From Octopus sinensis (Eukaryota): a DNA stretch of 42,847 nt. The notes below the pieces were generated by a model, which saw only the letters and a program-made list of their open reading frames with translations, was not told the DNA's origin and did not search any database. This document shows positions 40,223 through 42,847 of the stretch, in pieces. The stretch is taken from assembly GCF_006345805.1 (NCBI RefSeq), contig NW_021835108.1, forward strand, positions 1-42,847, given 5' to 3'. Within the stretch, counting starts at the first letter, position 1; each line of letters starts with the position of its first letter. The translations under genes were made by a program, and so were the position numbers.

Positions 40223-40760
40223 ATATATATTTACGTATATGAATGTATGCGTGTGTGTTCATATAAGGACGCACACGCAAGCACACACACACACACATAC
40301 GCACACACCCACCCACACACACACTCATACACGCACATGTTCGATTTGAAAAGTATGTCTGTTCCAGTTGTTGATTTTGCTATCCCGATACACTCACTCA
40401 TCAATCGTAGATAGTAAAATATTGCAATTAATATTATTGATGAATTAGTTTGGTCTAATTGTCCCTTTAGACGCTCTTAACATTATTAATTAACCTACTT
40501 TAATCAAGGTTATCTCCTATTTATTTTTCTCTAAATAGGGCACGAACTTTTCCTTTGTGTTGGATTATTGTAGATAGTTTTTGTATTTTTTTTCTTTTCT
40601 TGCTTGTATGATTTTTAGGTATCTACTCCATATATATAGTATATATGTGTGTTAAGTATATACGTCTGTGTGGTTCTGTGCATGCATTTATTCCTCTGTA
40701 TCTGGTTGTGTGTCTCTGTGAGTATGTGTGTGTATTTATATACTTATATATGTATGCGTA

Positions 40761-41147
40761 GGCGTAGTAGTGGCTGTGTGTTAAGTAGCTTGCTTACGAA
40801 CCACATGGTTCCGGATTCAGTCCCACTGCATGCTACCCTGGGCAGGTGTCATCTACTACAGCCTCGGGCCGATCAAAGCCTTTTGAGTGGATCTGGTAGA
40901 CGGAAACTGAAAGAAGCCCGTGGTATATATGTATATATTTATATGTGTGTATATGTTTGTGTGTCTGTGTTTGTCCCCCCAACATCGCTTGACTACCGAT
41001 GCTGGTGTGTTTACGTCGGCAAAGGGACCGATAGAATAAGTACTAGGCTTACAAGGAATAAGTCCTTGGGTCGATTTGCTCGACTAGAGGCGGTGCTCCA
41101 GCATGTTCATAGTCAAATGACTGAAACAAGTAAAAAGCAAAAGAGTA
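40761..41147 (+). mobile_element. SINE family B, near full length
   Basis: tRNA-like head (tggctgtgtgttaag...ggattcagtccc), ctgggcaggtgtc block, internal (TA/TG)n at ~40923-40965, tail aaaagcaaaagagta. Confidence 0.9.
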
Positions 41148-41348
41148 TGCATTTATGCATGTATATATGCGTATAATCATACGCACATCCTATCTGTATG
41201 CATATATAATTATATCGATCAATTTATATATGTTTATACTTATGCATATATGTATATTCTTAACAGTGTTGATATATAAATGTATATATATATTATATAT
41301 ATATATATACTGGAGTAAACACATAAATGTGAAACAGAGGGAAAACGA

Positions 41349-41382
41349 GTCCGACGAACGGGGACGTGAAACTCAGAGTAAC
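41349..41382 (+). ncRNA. Variant minimal hammerhead ribozyme motif within a short element (~41311-41418)
   Basis: GU-CCGACGA-ACG-GGGA-CGU-GAAA-CUC-A-GAG-UA-AC: stem II ACG/CGU with a GNRA loop, stem III ACUC/GAGU, GUA triplet; core has CCGA instead of CUGA and only a 2-bp stem I. Confidence 0.5.
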
Positions 41383-41415
41383 AGGTTTTGTTGAATTTTC
41401 CGCTGCTTTAAATAA

Positions 41416-41459
<44 letters not shown>

Positions 41460-41484
41460 TATTTATTTTTTATAAATATGTCAT

Positions 41485-41808
41485 TCTGTGGTGAGAAGTT
41501 TGCTTCCCAAACACATGATCCCAGGTTCAATTCCATTGCGTTGAACCTTAGTTTATTCTAGTATAGCCACGGGTCGACCAGTTCCTTGTGTGTGGGCTTG
41601 TTAGACGGAAACTGAAAGAAGCCCGTCTTAAATATATGTGTGTAGCTTCACATGGGTGTGTGCGTGTTTGTGTGTCTTCATGTCTCTGTCAATCACTATC
41701 ACTTGATAAACGGTATTGATGTGTTTTACGTCTCCGTAACCTAGCGGTTCGGCACAAGACCCGATATACTAGCTTGCAACCAGTAAACAATTAGATCTGG
41801 GGTCGATT
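41485..41808 (+). mobile_element. SINE family B, degenerate
   Basis: Shares tagacggaaactgaaagaagcccgt and ccgtaacctagcggttcggca with other family B copies. Confidence 0.85.
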
Positions 41809-41959
41809 AATATTTATATATATATAACTTCCAATGCGACGTTCTACTTTTCACAACGGTTTCTTAAATACACACTAAAATTTTACATCGTAAATATATA
41901 CACACCTACATATATGTACATACGTATATACACACACACGCGAATATTTGTGTGTGTGT

Positions 41960-42003
<44 letters not shown>

Positions 42004-42163
42004 TGCATGTGTTTGTATGTATATATGTATGACTATGTTGTTCACACGGCACCACTACACTATAGCTATGAATCATGTTCGGTCTGCACAATAGGAGCCG
42101 AATGGAATGGAGGTGTGATTAGTCAAGGGAATATTCTGCAGGGAGTGATAGCCTTACGCGCGC

Positions 42164-42165
<2 letters not shown>

Positions 42166-42209
<44 letters not shown>

Positions 42210-42270
42210 GTATATGTATATATACATATACATATATATATATGTAGATATATAATTATATAATATATAT

Positions 42271-42304
<34 letters not shown>

Positions 42305-42542
42305 GATATATATATATAATATAGGCATTATACATATTATATATTAAATATATAGATATATATATGATATATTATATATTATATATATATGTATATATAT
42401 ATGCATACATATATATGGTATATATATATGTTATATATATATACATATATATATATTGTATAATATATATATTACACATATAATATATATATATAATATA
42501 TAATATATATATAGATATATATAATATATATATATATAGTAT

Positions 42543-42578
<36 letters not shown>

Positions 42579-42595
42579 ATATTATTATATATATA
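42166..42595. repeat. (TA)n microsatellite field
   Basis: Direct reading. Confidence 0.95.
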
Positions 42596-42847
42596 GTCAT
42601 TGGGGCGTGTCAGTAGTGAAAGAAGGCAGCGCTGCAAGATATGTGTAGACTGATGGAAACCCAGAGAATGTATGTCGTGTTGTGTGTGTGTTATGAAGAT
42701 GAATGTTGGGTGATATTTGCTGTCAGTAAAATGACGTTTTTTTTGTGTTTTTTTTTGTCTGTGTATGTAGGGCGATTGTTTTTCTTTCTTTTTTCTGTTA
42801 TTGTGGTTATCATGATGGTCATGATGATCATCAATCATGATCATGAT

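Overview
AT-rich eukaryotic non-coding DNA, most likely coleoid cephalopod (Octopus-like), judged from recalled interspersed-repeat families and the extreme microsatellite load; no database search was run. I find no credible protein-coding gene: nearly all ORFs in the track are (TA)n/(CA)n/(TATG)n/(TAA)n translation artefacts. The window is a mosaic of microsatellite fields, at least three tRNA-derived SINE families (three copies with visible TSDs), a Helentron-associated (HINE/DINE-1-like) element, mariner/piggyBac/hAT-type MITE remnants and a heavily decayed Gypsy RT relic. The most notable unexplained structures are: (i) short elements carrying minimal type I hammerhead-ribozyme motifs (intact-looking core at 5604-5638, variants at 4942-4977 and 41349-41382), two of which converge on a 364-bp foldback; and (ii) long inverted repeats (2544-2743, 5089-5452, 39477-39680), the first having all its transition mismatches as G:U on the + strand. 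Boundaries of degenerate repeats are approximate (about +/-10-20 bp).
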